Virus record (IMG/VR): IMGVR_UViG_3300038621_000255
Location: 1-63,256 of that record
Source of the DNA: a virus
Lineage: Duplodnaviria > Caudoviricetes
DNA length: 63,256 nt
Strand: one strand, 5' to 3'
The translations under genes and the position numbers were made by a program. How positions within the stretch are numbered: position 1 is the first letter of the stretch; every line of letters starts with the position of its first letter. Shown one piece after another: positions 20,136 to 30,244 of the stretch. Below the pieces are notes generated by a model. It did not search any database, was not told the DNA's origin, and saw nothing but the letters and a program-made list of their open reading frames with translations.

Positions 20136-23100
20136 ATGGATTTACATAAAAGTCAATCATTTACAAAAACCCCATTTAAATTACCCCGTGGACAAGGCAA
20201 GCGGGGCGGCACCTGCCCGGTTTGCCAACGAAAAGACAATTGCCTAATTTCGGATCGCCTTGATTGGGCGATTTGTTGGAAGCATTCAAGGAATAGAGGG
20301 GAATGGGTTTCCACCCCCGTAGGTTGGCGATATGTGAAGGAAGCCAAACACAATATGGGTGGCTTCCACGTGTTGGTATTGCAGGGGGTAGGAAACCAGT
20401 TGAAGGTAGGTAAGGATTTATTCCCCACTTACCCCCAGCGCGTGCCGTCCCAACGGAAGAAGCAAAGGAAAGATAGTAAGAAATCGCCAAACTTCCCCAA
20501 GTTGGAAGATAGTGAAATTAGTCGGGCATATAGATTGATCGCCGCCCAGAAGGGCATCCACAAAAAAGATAGAGAAAGGTTGCAGTTGCGAGGGTTGCAA
20601 CCTTGGCAAATCGAAGATTGGGCGAGTAAAGGATTCTATTCCCATGTTAAAAATCAACTTGTATCAGGGGTTTCACATCCCTTACCGGGGTTGAGTTCCG
20701 ATCTTTCTCGTACCGTAGGATCTACAGGTCTGTTTATCCCTGCCCAGAGAGCCAACGGTAAGATTGTGGGCGGGCAAATTTGGGCAAGACAAGGATCGGC
20801 GAAGTATCTTTACTTGAAAGGTGGTTGCCAGGTACGGAAGGAAAATAATCGGAAAGGAAGGGAGAGCGCCCCCTTGCAAACCGTGGCGTTCCCTTCAGTT
20901 CGTAAGAACGCCCCAAAGTATCAACAAGCCCATTTAAATTTGCAGGCAACCTCGCCCCGCAAAGGGCAGGGGACATCTAATGCGATCGCGTCCCTTACTG
21001 ATTCCCTCGGCGTGGAAGTAGCAAGGACTTCCAAGGAATTCCAGCGAGAGGATCACCCTGGTAGCCACTATCAAGCTTTGATTTTGGGGTTGCAACTCGC
21101 TTTAGAAGTTGGAGTGGGAAACCTAGAAATTCTCGGGCTTGGTGGTATTCTAAAGCATTTCCAAGGGGAGTCCAGCCATGGACATCACTATCCCCACGCT
21201 TGCTACCCGGTGCGGTCGCAACTCCAATTGCTGCACAAGATTGCTTTATACTTACTGGATAAGCAGGGGCAGTACCACCTCTACAGTGAATCCCCCTCCT
21301 TGGGTGCTGGAAAGGACACGCATCCAGGAGAACGCTACTTTGATACCAAAGAGGTGTGGCTAACTGAGGGGTTACTCAAACCCTGGCTTACCGCTAGTTT
21401 TTGGAATCGGATTGTGATCGGGACGGTGGGCGGCACTCACGCTAGCGCAATCGATTTCGAGCCGAACTTAAAAACTTTAGATCCGGAAATAATGCGGTTT
21501 TTACCCGATGCTGGTGCAGTTGAAAACCGCTCGCAGGTGCCCTTTGTAACCAAAGAATCCCTAGAGGTTGTGCAAAATTTGGGTTACCCCTTGGAGATTG
21601 GTTGGTGGGGGCAGCAATCGAAACCCCGAAATGACCAAGAAAAACTGGTGAAAGGGGACATCGACGAAATATCCTTGGATACGGAAATCCAATGGATCTC
21701 ACCACAGGAATTTTGGCAAAAGCACCCAAAAGCCACACAAAAGGCTCTATTTGGGGAACCATTCAAGCCGGGACTGAAAAAGGTAGATTCCCCCGTATCT
21801 CACCCACGTCCACACCAACCAAAGCTCCAGCCCTTCCGCTTCTTCCGCGAAGATTATAGTCGAAAAGAGCTTGTGCAGCAGTTTTTGTCGCAGGGGCATA
21901 AGTTTATCTTCGATGCCTCGCCCACCGGAAGCGGCAAAACCCACGATTTCCGCGAGTGGGTACCCGAAGATTTTGGTGCCTCCCTGTTGCTACACGTTAC
22001 CGAAGATGTATTTTTAGATGATGCCCAAGATGGTTGGTCTGGTTATCGTGGGCGCGACCGTGGGCGCGTACGCCGCGCGGAAGACGAACGAATTGTGAAG
22101 GCTGAAAAAGATACCCCAAAGGAGGATCTTTACAAGCCCTCAAACTGCGAGAGGATGGACCTGGTTGATTTTCTTTACGCCCATAATGAAACCCCCTCGG
22201 AGAAGGGTGAGCCGTGCGCTACTTGTCCTTTTGAGAGTACCTGCCAGAAAGAACCAGGGTGGTATCAGCACGATCGCGCTCAGGCTTTGAAAAATCGGAA
22301 AATTCGCCTGCACCCACAAGCCCTAGATGAGGAGCTAATCCGCGATAAGCGGGGCAAGCAGTGGGTGAAGCTGAAAGATAAATCCCAAGCCGAATCCGGG
22401 ACCGTGATAATCGCAGACGATGTATCGCCCTTCATTCAACAGATTTCAATTGATGCAAGAGAAGTTAACGCTTTTCTAGCAAAATACTCTTATCGCCTAG
22501 AGGAGGATGCACCCTCCCTTCGGGCAATCTTATGTAAACTGCGGGAACTTTTGGAGGTCTCAGGGGATAGGACTGTCTATCACTCCGAAATTACCTCCCA
22601 TCTGCCCGAATTCAGGGATAGTGTGGAAGAAATCCAGGATTTGTTTGAGCTGCAGCAAAGAGAGATAATGCAGGCTTGGATGTCAGGAGAGGGGAAAAAA
22701 GAGGCAAGTCCAAAATGGTTGGGGCAATTCCTAGAAGCCCTGCAGGATGGAGGGTTCTTCCACGTTTACCAAGGCACCTTGAATATCACCACGAAGAACC
22801 AACGCTTTATCCGGGCGTTAAATAGCCAGGGAGTTCGAGCGGTAATATTTGCGGATGCCACTGGAGACAGCCGTTACCTAGCAAGGTGGCTAGGTTTGGA
22901 TAGCGAAATTCCTGCAATCGCAGAAGAAATACCAGAGCAGAACAAAGCCCATGTTCGTATTCAGCAGCTTACTGGATTGGGCGATCTGGGGCATTCCCGG
23001 AGTTATCGCCAACAGGAAGCAGTTGCTCAGCTCAAAGAGAGCTTGGAACTTCTGTATCCCGAATACGGTACGATTGACCTGAAAAAAAGCAAGGGAAGGG

Positions 23101-23996
23101 CTAACCAGCTACAGTTAAACTGGCACTCTTCCAGCCGGGGGAGCAATGCCGCCAAGGCTAAAGCGGGGCTGCTCCTAATTGGCACGCCGCGCCCCAACTT
23201 AGCTTCGGTGGTAGCGGAATATACCCTTCTAACAGGGAAGGAACCGAATCTAGAGGAGCAGATTAGCTCCTACCCGATGCGGTGGCAGAATACGGATAGC
23301 CATTGGTGCAAGAATGTGCGGGAATCAAAAGATACAGCCTTTTCAGAGTATTACTACCAACGTACTTTAAATGAAATTGAGCAGGGAATTGGGCGGCTGC
23401 GAGGGAACCGCCGCGCTGGGGAAGAGCTAGAGGTTTTGGTTGTAAACGAGTTTCCTTTGGATAGGGATTGTGAGGTATTTGATATCTGGGATTGGTTAGA
23501 GAGTAGAGTGGAAAATCGCTCAGTGGAAGTGCCCAAGGGTTGTAGCTCCTTGGCGGCTTTAAGCGATCGCGAGATTGAACAAGCGGCGCGTGCTTGCTAT
23601 CTGAATTCGGGAAAAATTAGACAATCCGATGTAGCTGAATTGCTAGGTGCAAGCCAGCCATTGATTGCCAAATATTTTGCCCAGCCAGGTAAGTGTTGGA
23701 AGTCTTTCAAGGAAGAAATCGCGGCGAGTAGCGACCGTGGGGAGGTCTCCCAGCAGGAAGAATCTACAGAGGAGATACAGCAAGGCGATTGCGTAGAGGT
23801 ACAACACCAAAGTGGGAAGTACAGAGGCAAAGCTGTGGTACTTCGGAGAGATGGCGATAATTGCCTAATTGAGTTTGCCGATGGCTCCCTATCCTCTATA
23901 CCTATCCCATTGGGGCTTATGAGGAAAGTTGAGGTTAATTTTAAAAAGTCGTTGACAAATAAAGATTGGCTAGGCTATAGTAACAATAGAGCTTGA
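20136..23996 (+). CDS. Multidomain primase-helicase / replication protein
   Basis: N-terminal CPVC..C..C Zn finger, Toprim-like WLTEG..KP / PDAG / GDIDE, Walker A SPTGSGKT, QGIGRLR, C-terminal HTH. Confidence 0.8.
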   Translation: MDLHKSQSFTKTPFKLPRGQGKRGGTCPVCQRKDNCLISDRLDWAICWKHSRNRGEWVSTPVGWRYVKEAKHNMGGFHVLVLQGVGNQLKVGKDLFPTYPQRVPSQRKKQRKDSKKSPNFPKLEDSEISRAYRLIAAQKGIHKKDRERLQLRGLQPWQIEDWASKGFYSHVKNQLVSGVSHPLPGLSSDLSRTVGSTGLFIPAQRANGKIVGGQIWARQGSAKYLYLKGGCQVRKENNRKGRESAPLQTVAFPSVRKNAPKYQQAHLNLQATSPRKGQGTSNAIASLTDSLGVEVARTSKEFQREDHPGSHYQALILGLQLALEVGVGNLEILGLGGILKHFQGESSHGHHYPHACYPVRSQLQLLHKIALYLLDKQGQYHLYSESPSLGAGKDTHPGERYFDTKEVWLTEGLLKPWLTASFWNRIVIGTVGGTHASAIDFEPNLKTLDPEIMRFLPDAGAVENRSQVPFVTKESLEVVQNLGYPLEIGWWGQQSKPRNDQEKLVKGDIDEISLDTEIQWISPQEFWQKHPKATQKALFGEPFKPGLKKVDSPVSHPRPHQPKLQPFRFFREDYSRKELVQQFLSQGHKFIFDASPTGSGKTHDFREWVPEDFGASLLLHVTEDVFLDDAQDGWSGYRGRDRGRVRRAEDERIVKAEKDTPKEDLYKPSNCERMDLVDFLYAHNETPSEKGEPCATCPFESTCQKEPGWYQHDRAQALKNRKIRLHPQALDEELIRDKRGKQWVKLKDKSQAESGTVIIADDVSPFIQQISIDAREVNAFLAKYSYRLEEDAPSLRAILCKLRELLEVSGDRTVYHSEITSHLPEFRDSVEEIQDLFELQQREIMQAWMSGEGKKEASPKWLGQFLEALQDGGFFHVYQGTLNITTKNQRFIRALNSQGVRAVIFADATGDSRYLARWLGLDSEIPAIAEEIPEQNKAHVRIQQLTGLGDLGHSRSYRQQEAVAQLKESLELLYPEYGTIDLKKSKGRANQLQLNWHSSSRGSNAAKAKAGLLLIGTPRPNLASVVAEYTLLTGKEPNLEEQISSYPMRWQNTDSHWCKNVRESKDTAFSEYYYQRTLNEIEQGIGRLRGNRRAGEELEVLVVNEFPLDRDCEVFDIWDWLESRVENRSVEVPKGCSSLAALSDREIEQAARACYLNSGKIRQSDVAELLGASQPLIAKYFAQPGKCWKSFKEEIAASSDRGEVSQQEESTEEIQQGDCVEVQHQSGKYRGKAVVLRRDGDNCLIEFADGSLSSIPIPLGLMRKVEVNFKKSLTNKDWLGYSNNRA

Positions 23997-24029
23997 TACA
24001 AAGCTTGTTGAACTTATCTTTGAGTTGAT

Positions 24030-25100
24030 ATGACTACCATTGATTTTGGAAACAGAAACTTGTTTGATTCTCTCCTACAGGTTTGGGAGGGGCACCTGAA
24101 ACCCGATACTATTGTTCCTTTGGGTCAGTCCGATCTAGATCGGATGATAGAAGAGCTGGAAAATGACGGATTGCCCGATTCTGTTTTAGATAATGTCTGT
24201 CAAGCCTCTAACGCCTTGTTAGAGTTCGTGGGGACTTTATCAAAAGATCAGGAACCAGATTGGGAAAACATCTTGGCAATTAAATCTTCCCCACAGGGGG
24301 AGATCGATAGGGTTTACACACCTATCCTTTGCTTGAATAGTCAGGGTCAGTTGGCTATACGGTGTGGGAATAATTTTTTCCCTGTGAACCAGAATGGTAA
24401 GGAATTGACCTGCGGATCCCTTAAGGGAGAAGTCGAGTTCGAGAAAATTAAAAACGGTGAAAAGGAAGCTCCAGAAGTCTCCGTAGAGTGGGGGGACTAC
24501 GAGCAAAAGAAAACCTTTCGGACGGTTGCGATTCTGAGTTCGGAGGCATTCCAGGATCCCGACAACACTAAAACAGCCATCAAACGCGGCGAGGATATCT
24601 CCCCTCTACTTCGCCAATTCGGAAATGGTAATGGTGGCAATTTCATCCGAATCACTCCATTAAAGGAACTTTCTGAGGGTTCTTACCAAATTGAGGAGAT
24701 TGGATTGGTTCCTTCTTCTTTCCGGTTTGGTCGGTATACCCTCTTAGTGAGGGATAGCGATGGGAACCAAGTAAAGACCATGCCCAATACCAAGGTTGCC
24801 CGGGCACTATCAACAATGGAAAATGCTTTTTCGGTGAAATTCCCCTCAGATGAGGATCTACACGAAAGGATTCAAGCCCTAAGTGATTTTTACAGCGGGA
24901 AATTCTTGGTCATTAGTGGAAAGGAAAGCTGGGGACAGGGCAAGGTTCGTGTGCATGCGAACATATATATGCACGCCCCAGAGCGTACGCCTGATGCGGA
25001 ACAAACAGAAGAACAAGTAGAAAACACACCAACACCGGAACCAGAGGAAAGCGCCCAAGAGCAACAAGAACAGGGAACGGAAGAGTTCATCCCGTTCTAA
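24030..25100 (+). CDS. Putative single-stranded DNA-binding protein
   Basis: Acidic tail ending EEFIPF like SSB C-terminal DDDIPF; own promoter; replication module. Confidence 0.55.
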   Translation: MTTIDFGNRNLFDSLLQVWEGHLKPDTIVPLGQSDLDRMIEELENDGLPDSVLDNVCQASNALLEFVGTLSKDQEPDWENILAIKSSPQGEIDRVYTPILCLNSQGQLAIRCGNNFFPVNQNGKELTCGSLKGEVEFEKIKNGEKEAPEVSVEWGDYEQKKTFRTVAILSSEAFQDPDNTKTAIKRGEDISPLLRQFGNGNGGNFIRITPLKELSEGSYQIEEIGLVPSSFRFGRYTLLVRDSDGNQVKTMPNTKVARALSTMENAFSVKFPSDEDLHERIQALSDFYSGKFLVISGKESWGQGKVRVHANIYMHAPERTPDAEQTEEQVENTPTPEPEESAQEQQEQGTEEFIPF

Positions 25101-25179
25101 TTTAATCCACTAGCAGGGGCGCACCCCTGCTAGTGGAATCCTGTAGAGCTTTAGACTAGGTAAACCGGAGGTTTAAAAG

Positions 25180-25569
25180 ATGATCGATAATTCTCTAAAA
25201 ACTCTAAAAAACAACGAACTACAAACCAATCGTAGACGAGTTGAAATTACGATAGGAAAACCTATTAAGTTGGATAGGTTACGTTCCCGGAAAGGAAATA
25301 ACAAGGATCTCCCTCAGAGGGTTGAAGTCGTGCTGATTCCTATCGGACAGAACCGGATACAGGGGGATTGGAACCACGAACCTTTTTCCTCAGAAGACCG
25401 GGATAAGTATCGTATTCCAAAATCCTACAAGGTTACAGATGCCTCTGATACCCTTTATGCTGCTTACCTCCCAGAAGAGTACGAGGCTGCATATAGGAAC
25501 AATCCCACTTTCAAACGGAAAATGGATTTTTATATCAAAAAAGCTATCCCTAGCGACTCCATTTTTTAA
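25180..25569 (+). CDS. Hypothetical protein
   Basis: GGAGG RBS, ATG ORF. Confidence 0.65.
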   Translation: MIDNSLKTLKNNELQTNRRRVEITIGKPIKLDRLRSRKGNNKDLPQRVEVVLIPIGQNRIQGDWNHEPFSSEDRDKYRIPKSYKVTDASDTLYAAYLPEEYEAAYRNNPTFKRKMDFYIKKAIPSDSIF

Positions 25570-25634
25570 TAATCCCCAGGGGGAGGTTTACACCTTCCCG
25601 TTGCTTTATCTCTACTGTTTGATTTTTGAGATTG

Positions 25635-27239
25635 ATGACTGGAGAACTAAATACCGTGGTGAAAGAAAAACCACAAAAACCCCCTGAACTCTATCCCTTC
25701 CAAGAAAAATTCAAAAGGGATCTTAGGGTAAAGATCCGCGAAGGCAATTCCCGGATTGCCTGCGTAGCCCCCACAGGTAGTGGGAAAACGATCCTAATGG
25801 GGTCGATAATCGAAGGGGCAACCGAGAAAGGCAAGAGGGTCTTGCTGATCGTGCATTTGGACGTACTCGTAGGGCAATCCTACGAGAAGATTGCCCAGTT
25901 CATTTCCCCCGATAAAATCGGTTTTATTAAAGCTGGCTGGGAGGAAAATCCCAGCGCCCCTGTACAAATCGCTTCAATTCAAACCTTACAAAGACGAGAC
26001 TGGTGGCGAGAGCAGTTAATCCCCGATCTTATTTTCTTTGATGAGGCGCATGAAACTGCCTTCCACCAACTGGGGAAAGAGATAACCCACTCTATCTTCC
26101 CGCATTCTTTCGTTTTCGGATTCACGGCAACCCCGTGGAGGTTATCAAAGCACGAGAGTTTTTCGGATCACTTTCAAGATTTGGTGCAAGCTCCCCCACC
26201 GGGCAAACTCCAAGAACAGGGGTTTTTGTGCCCCCTGGAATATTATTCCGTTGGTAATCTGGATCTGTCGGAAGTTTCTTCCAACGGGGACTTTATCCAA
26301 AAGGACTTGGAGATCGCTGTAGATAAACCCGAAGTAGTTAAGAATGCGGTTGATAACTGGGAGAGGATCTGTCCCGAGAAGCGCACCATTGCCTTTTGTG
26401 TCACTATCAACCACGCCAAGTCAGTGGCTCAGGAATTCCAAAGCAGGGGTTATAGAGCTGATGTAGTTTCCTCCGAAACCCCCAAGGAAGAGCGCGATCG
26501 CTTATACTCTTCCCTGGAAAATGGGGAATTGCAAGTGCTGGCTTCGGTGGATGTTGTTTCGATTGGGTTTGATAGGAAACCGATTGAGGTGGGTCTACTG
26601 TTACGACCCACGAAGAGTCTAGGGAAGCATCACCAACAGATCGGTCGAATTATGAGGGTAGCCCCTGGGAAGGAGAAGGCAATTGTACTCGACCAAGCGG
26701 GCAATTGCCTACGATTCGGGCGCTTCGGTTTCCCAGAAGGGATTGAGGAATACAGTTTCGAGACCCCGCAGGAAAAGAAAAATGGCTTGCCTCCTTACAA
26801 AAAATGTCCCAAATGTGGGAGGCTTAATCTACTTGCTAACAAGTCTTGTGACTCTTGCCAATATGAGTTCCCCGGTAAGCCGAAGGAAACCTTTAAGGGG
26901 GAGCTAGGGAAAGTGGACCCCAAAACCCCCGATAAGGATTCTAAAGAAAAAAGAAAGCGATTCTTCCAAGGAAAACTTCGCCAGGCTTATCAACAGGGGT
27001 ACGCCCCCGGCTGGGCTTTCTTTAAATTCCAAGATCGGTACGGGGTTAAGCCTAGTCCCGCTTGGAAAAAGCTCTCCATATTTGAAGAGTTCAATAAGGA
27101 TAATGCTTTGCTTTACTTGGGTTATTTAAACCGGATAGCTCAAGTGAAGAGTAAAGATAAAGACTGGATTCAGCGGGAATTTAAAGCCCAATTCGGAAAA
27201 GGTCAAGAAGTAGACAACTTCCTAGATTCCAAATTGTAA
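25635..27239 (+). CDS. SF2 DEAH-box helicase with C-terminal Zn finger
   Basis: APTGSGKT, DEAH, TAT, QQIGR, CPKC..CDSC. Confidence 0.92.
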   Translation: MTGELNTVVKEKPQKPPELYPFQEKFKRDLRVKIREGNSRIACVAPTGSGKTILMGSIIEGATEKGKRVLLIVHLDVLVGQSYEKIAQFISPDKIGFIKAGWEENPSAPVQIASIQTLQRRDWWREQLIPDLIFFDEAHETAFHQLGKEITHSIFPHSFVFGFTATPWRLSKHESFSDHFQDLVQAPPPGKLQEQGFLCPLEYYSVGNLDLSEVSSNGDFIQKDLEIAVDKPEVVKNAVDNWERICPEKRTIAFCVTINHAKSVAQEFQSRGYRADVVSSETPKEERDRLYSSLENGELQVLASVDVVSIGFDRKPIEVGLLLRPTKSLGKHHQQIGRIMRVAPGKEKAIVLDQAGNCLRFGRFGFPEGIEEYSFETPQEKKNGLPPYKKCPKCGRLNLLANKSCDSCQYEFPGKPKETFKGELGKVDPKTPDKDSKEKRKRFFQGKLRQAYQQGYAPGWAFFKFQDRYGVKPSPAWKKLSIFEEFNKDNALLYLGYLNRIAQVKSKDKDWIQREFKAQFGKGQEVDNFLDSKL

Positions 27240-27298
27240 AAATAAGGGCAGGGGACCACCCTGCCCGCACAAAACGAACGAAAAAGGAGCGATCGCAC

Positions 27299-29191
27299 AT
27301 GCAACTATTCGATACTAGCTTATACTCCCAGAATCAGCAACAATCAGCAGACTACCCAATCCCCCAGCCCAATTGGGAACTAATCCAAACCCAAGAGAGG
27401 GCAATCGAGGTGATTGAATCCCTAATGGGGTCAGACTCTCCCTCTCCCCTTGGCATAGATTTGGAAACCACCGGATTGCACCCCCAGGATAACTCCAAGG
27501 GAGAGTACCCACGGATCCGGTTGCTACAGATAGCACCGACCCCTGATTTTTGTTACATTCTCGACCTATTCTACCTAGATGTTGGGCAGTTGTCCCTGAA
27601 TCAACTATTCCGGGAGAGGCGGAAAGTCGCTCACAACTTTAAGTTTGAGGCGCTATGGTTGAAATCTATTGGGGTAGAAGTTCGCGCCCCCTTGTTCTGC
27701 TCCTTCCTAGCTGCCCAACTGATAGAGAATGGCAAACATGAAAAGAACAACAATGGCAACAAAGAATCCCCCTATAGTCTCCGTTCCGTTGCTAGGAAAT
27801 ACGCCCAGAAAGCCATCCCAAAGGAACAACAACGCTCGGATTGGTCGAAATTGCAACTGTCAAAAGAACAGTTGGAGTACGCCGCTAGGGATGCGGCGAT
27901 CCTCCTGGAAATCCGTGAGGCTCAATTAGAACCCTTGAAATCGAATGGGCTAATAAAGGTTGCCCAATTGGAATTTAGAGCGGTCCTTGCATTTGCCCAA
28001 CTTGAATACGAAGGTGTGCTTCTAGATTGGGAGAGGCTAGAGGGTATCCGACAAGGTGCGATCGCCAAGTTGGAACCCGCTAGGCAAGAGTTTCTGAAGG
28101 CTCTAGATAGCGAGATAGGGCTGGAAAAAGATATTTTTGGGGGTTACGCCTTTAACCCCCGCTCGAACGAACAATTACTTGCTGCTTTCCAAAGGGCAGG
28201 TATCCCGGTTAGGGATGTTCGTAAGGAATCCCTAGAGCCTTTAGCCTCAGATTATCCCTTGATTGAAAGGTACTTGAGTTATCACCGAATCGAAACTCAA
28301 ATCGCTGATATTGAGAAGTATTACCCATCCAAAGCACGGAAGCATATCCCTTGGGATTCCGCTACTGGGAAGATCTTTCCCGGGTATTGGCAAATCGGAA
28401 CAATATCGGGACGTGCAAGCTCGAAAGAGCCTAATATTCAAAACCCACCAAAAGGGGAATTCCGAGAATGTGTCATCCCGGAATCTGGTAAAAGGTTTGT
28501 AGTAGGCGACTACAGCCAGGCGCATCCCCGGATTGTGGCTAAGGTCTCCTGCGATGCTGCATTCACTCAGGTTTTCCAAAATGGTGAGTGCTGCTACTCC
28601 TACGAAGCTTCTACCCTTACTGGCAAGCCGATTGAGCAAATTAAGCGGGAACACAAAGAGAAGACCAGCAACGACCGGAATGACGCGAAACCAGTAGTTT
28701 TGGGCTTTATTTATGGGCTTTCCCCTGGTGGTTACGTTCGGCAGGTACAAGGGAAACACACTGAGGCTTTTGCACGAAAAGCCCGTAACCAATTTTTTAA
28801 AACCCACCCAGAGGTCGGAAATTGGCACGAACAGATTCAGCGGAAATTGGATATTTCCGCAATCGCCACCACCCAATCGGGACGTATTGTGGAGTTGAGG
28901 GGAAGAAACCGTAGGTTTAATTTTGCTGTGAACTTTCCAGTCCTGGGCACGGAAGCCGATATGATGAAATCGGCGATGGGTTTCCTGGTTGAGGAATTCG
29001 ATAAGTTACCCTACAAGGTAAGTTTGAAGATAATGATTCACGACGAAATCGTTGTTGAGTGCCCCTGTGGTAAAGAGGAAGAGGTTTCGCAAATTCTAGA
29101 TCGCGTCATGAGGGAAGCTAGCGATTTGCTTATTTCCCCTATTCCTGCCAAGGTGGATATCGAGTCGGGTGATTCCTGGGTTAAGCCTTAA
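27299..29191 (+). CDS. polA: Family A DNA polymerase with 3'-5' exonuclease
   Basis: DLETTG, AHNFKFE, YAARD exo motifs; PNIQN, DYSQ, R..AK..G..YG, HDE polymerase motifs. Confidence 0.93.
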   Translation: MQLFDTSLYSQNQQQSADYPIPQPNWELIQTQERAIEVIESLMGSDSPSPLGIDLETTGLHPQDNSKGEYPRIRLLQIAPTPDFCYILDLFYLDVGQLSLNQLFRERRKVAHNFKFEALWLKSIGVEVRAPLFCSFLAAQLIENGKHEKNNNGNKESPYSLRSVARKYAQKAIPKEQQRSDWSKLQLSKEQLEYAARDAAILLEIREAQLEPLKSNGLIKVAQLEFRAVLAFAQLEYEGVLLDWERLEGIRQGAIAKLEPARQEFLKALDSEIGLEKDIFGGYAFNPRSNEQLLAAFQRAGIPVRDVRKESLEPLASDYPLIERYLSYHRIETQIADIEKYYPSKARKHIPWDSATGKIFPGYWQIGTISGRASSKEPNIQNPPKGEFRECVIPESGKRFVVGDYSQAHPRIVAKVSCDAAFTQVFQNGECCYSYEASTLTGKPIEQIKREHKEKTSNDRNDAKPVVLGFIYGLSPGGYVRQVQGKHTEAFARKARNQFFKTHPEVGNWHEQIQRKLDISAIATTQSGRIVELRGRNRRFNFAVNFPVLGTEADMMKSAMGFLVEEFDKLPYKVSLKIMIHDEIVVECPCGKEEEVSQILDRVMREASDLLISPIPAKVDIESGDSWVKP

Positions 29192-29230
29192 TCAATTAAA
29201 AAGGGTGGGTTTTGCCCACCCTTTTAACTT

Positions 29231-29788
29231 TTAAATTAAGTCGAAGTCCGCTCGCCGGCGGATTATTTTTGTGCGATCGCTATAGTGGTAACGCCACCCC
29301 AACCAGAAAATAAAAGTGCTGCTGCGGTTCAGGAACCGCAGTGCTTTTTCGTTTTCCTTATGGTTTGGCGCGTAGTTTTTATACAACCTTTCCAGCTCCC
29401 GGATTTCTACCCGTGCTTTATCTAAGGTTTTGCCAGGGGTAAAAGGGAACGATACGAAATCGGGAACTCCCGGGAGCTTCGGGAGATACCTTTCATTTAG
29501 TTCTTTTTCCAGGATTTCCACCCCTCGGCTTAAATTCTCTAGATCGTATCCATCGAATTGGATCGCCGCCAGGCAATCATGAACCCCGTAGAGTATTTCT
29601 TCTAGAAAACGAAGCTCCCGTACCGTTAAATGCAAATTCTGACAATCAGCCAGGGCATTTCTAGCCTTGTCTCCTTGCCCCCAGATTAGAGATTTTTCAG
29701 ACCTCTTTAAACAGTTTTGGAAAGAACAATTCCCTGGATCACCCTTTCCAAATTTCGCCTTAGTGTGGATCCTGTATTCCTTTTGCAT
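29231..29788 (-). CDS. PduO-type ATP:cob(I)alamin adenosyltransferase-like protein
   Basis: IHTK..GDPG, ARVEIRELER, FLNRSSTFIF parallel PduO motifs IYTRTGDxG, RRAER, YLNRLSD. Confidence 0.72.
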   Translation of the reverse strand: MQKEYRIHTKAKFGKGDPGNCSFQNCLKRSEKSLIWGQGDKARNALADCQNLHLTVRELRFLEEILYGVHDCLAAIQFDGYDLENLSRGVEILEKELNERYLPKLPGVPDFVSFPFTPGKTLDKARVEIRELERLYKNYAPNHKENEKALRFLNRSSTFIFWLGWRYHYSDRTKIIRRRADFDLI

Positions 29789-29836
29789 TTCCTTAAATTA
29801 AACGACTGCTTTACTATTTTAACAGCCCATTTGCAA

Positions 29837-30244
29837 TCAACCACCCACGACTACAGCCTGAAAAACATCGCGCTCGTTTTGCAGCCGCCAATTCATCCTA
29901 ACTTCGTAGTCACCTTTGGAGCTGTCAATTTCTATACTTTCCACCACAATTTCGGGAATCCATCGTTCTAGCGATCGCCTAATTTCTGCCCTTATCCTAG
30001 GTTGCCCTTGGGGGGAATCAAGGAAATCTGGCAAGTAGCTCCCGAATTGTAGATTCTGAGGTACCTGACTAGGAAGGGTGAGCAGGCATTGCCGAATCCT
30101 TTCGGATAAAGCCGCAGCATCTTCGTTGTTTTTGCCAATCTCCTGCAACCCCAAATTCTGATATTCAGGTACCTCGTCGGGGGTTTTCGATTGGTGGCTT
30201 TCTTTCCTGCTTGCCCACCATGACGCGACTGTCATAATTACCAT
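29837..30244 (-). CDS. Baseplate wedge subunit (gpW/gp25-like)
   Basis: L.T..QVP...FGS.L...LD.P, LERWIPEI. Confidence 0.8.
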   Translation of the reverse strand: MVIMTVASWWASRKESHQSKTPDEVPEYQNLGLQEIGKNNEDAAALSERIRQCLLTLPSQVPQNLQFGSYLPDFLDSPQGQPRIRAEIRRSLERWIPEIVVESIEIDSSKGDYEVRMNWRLQNERDVFQAVVVGG

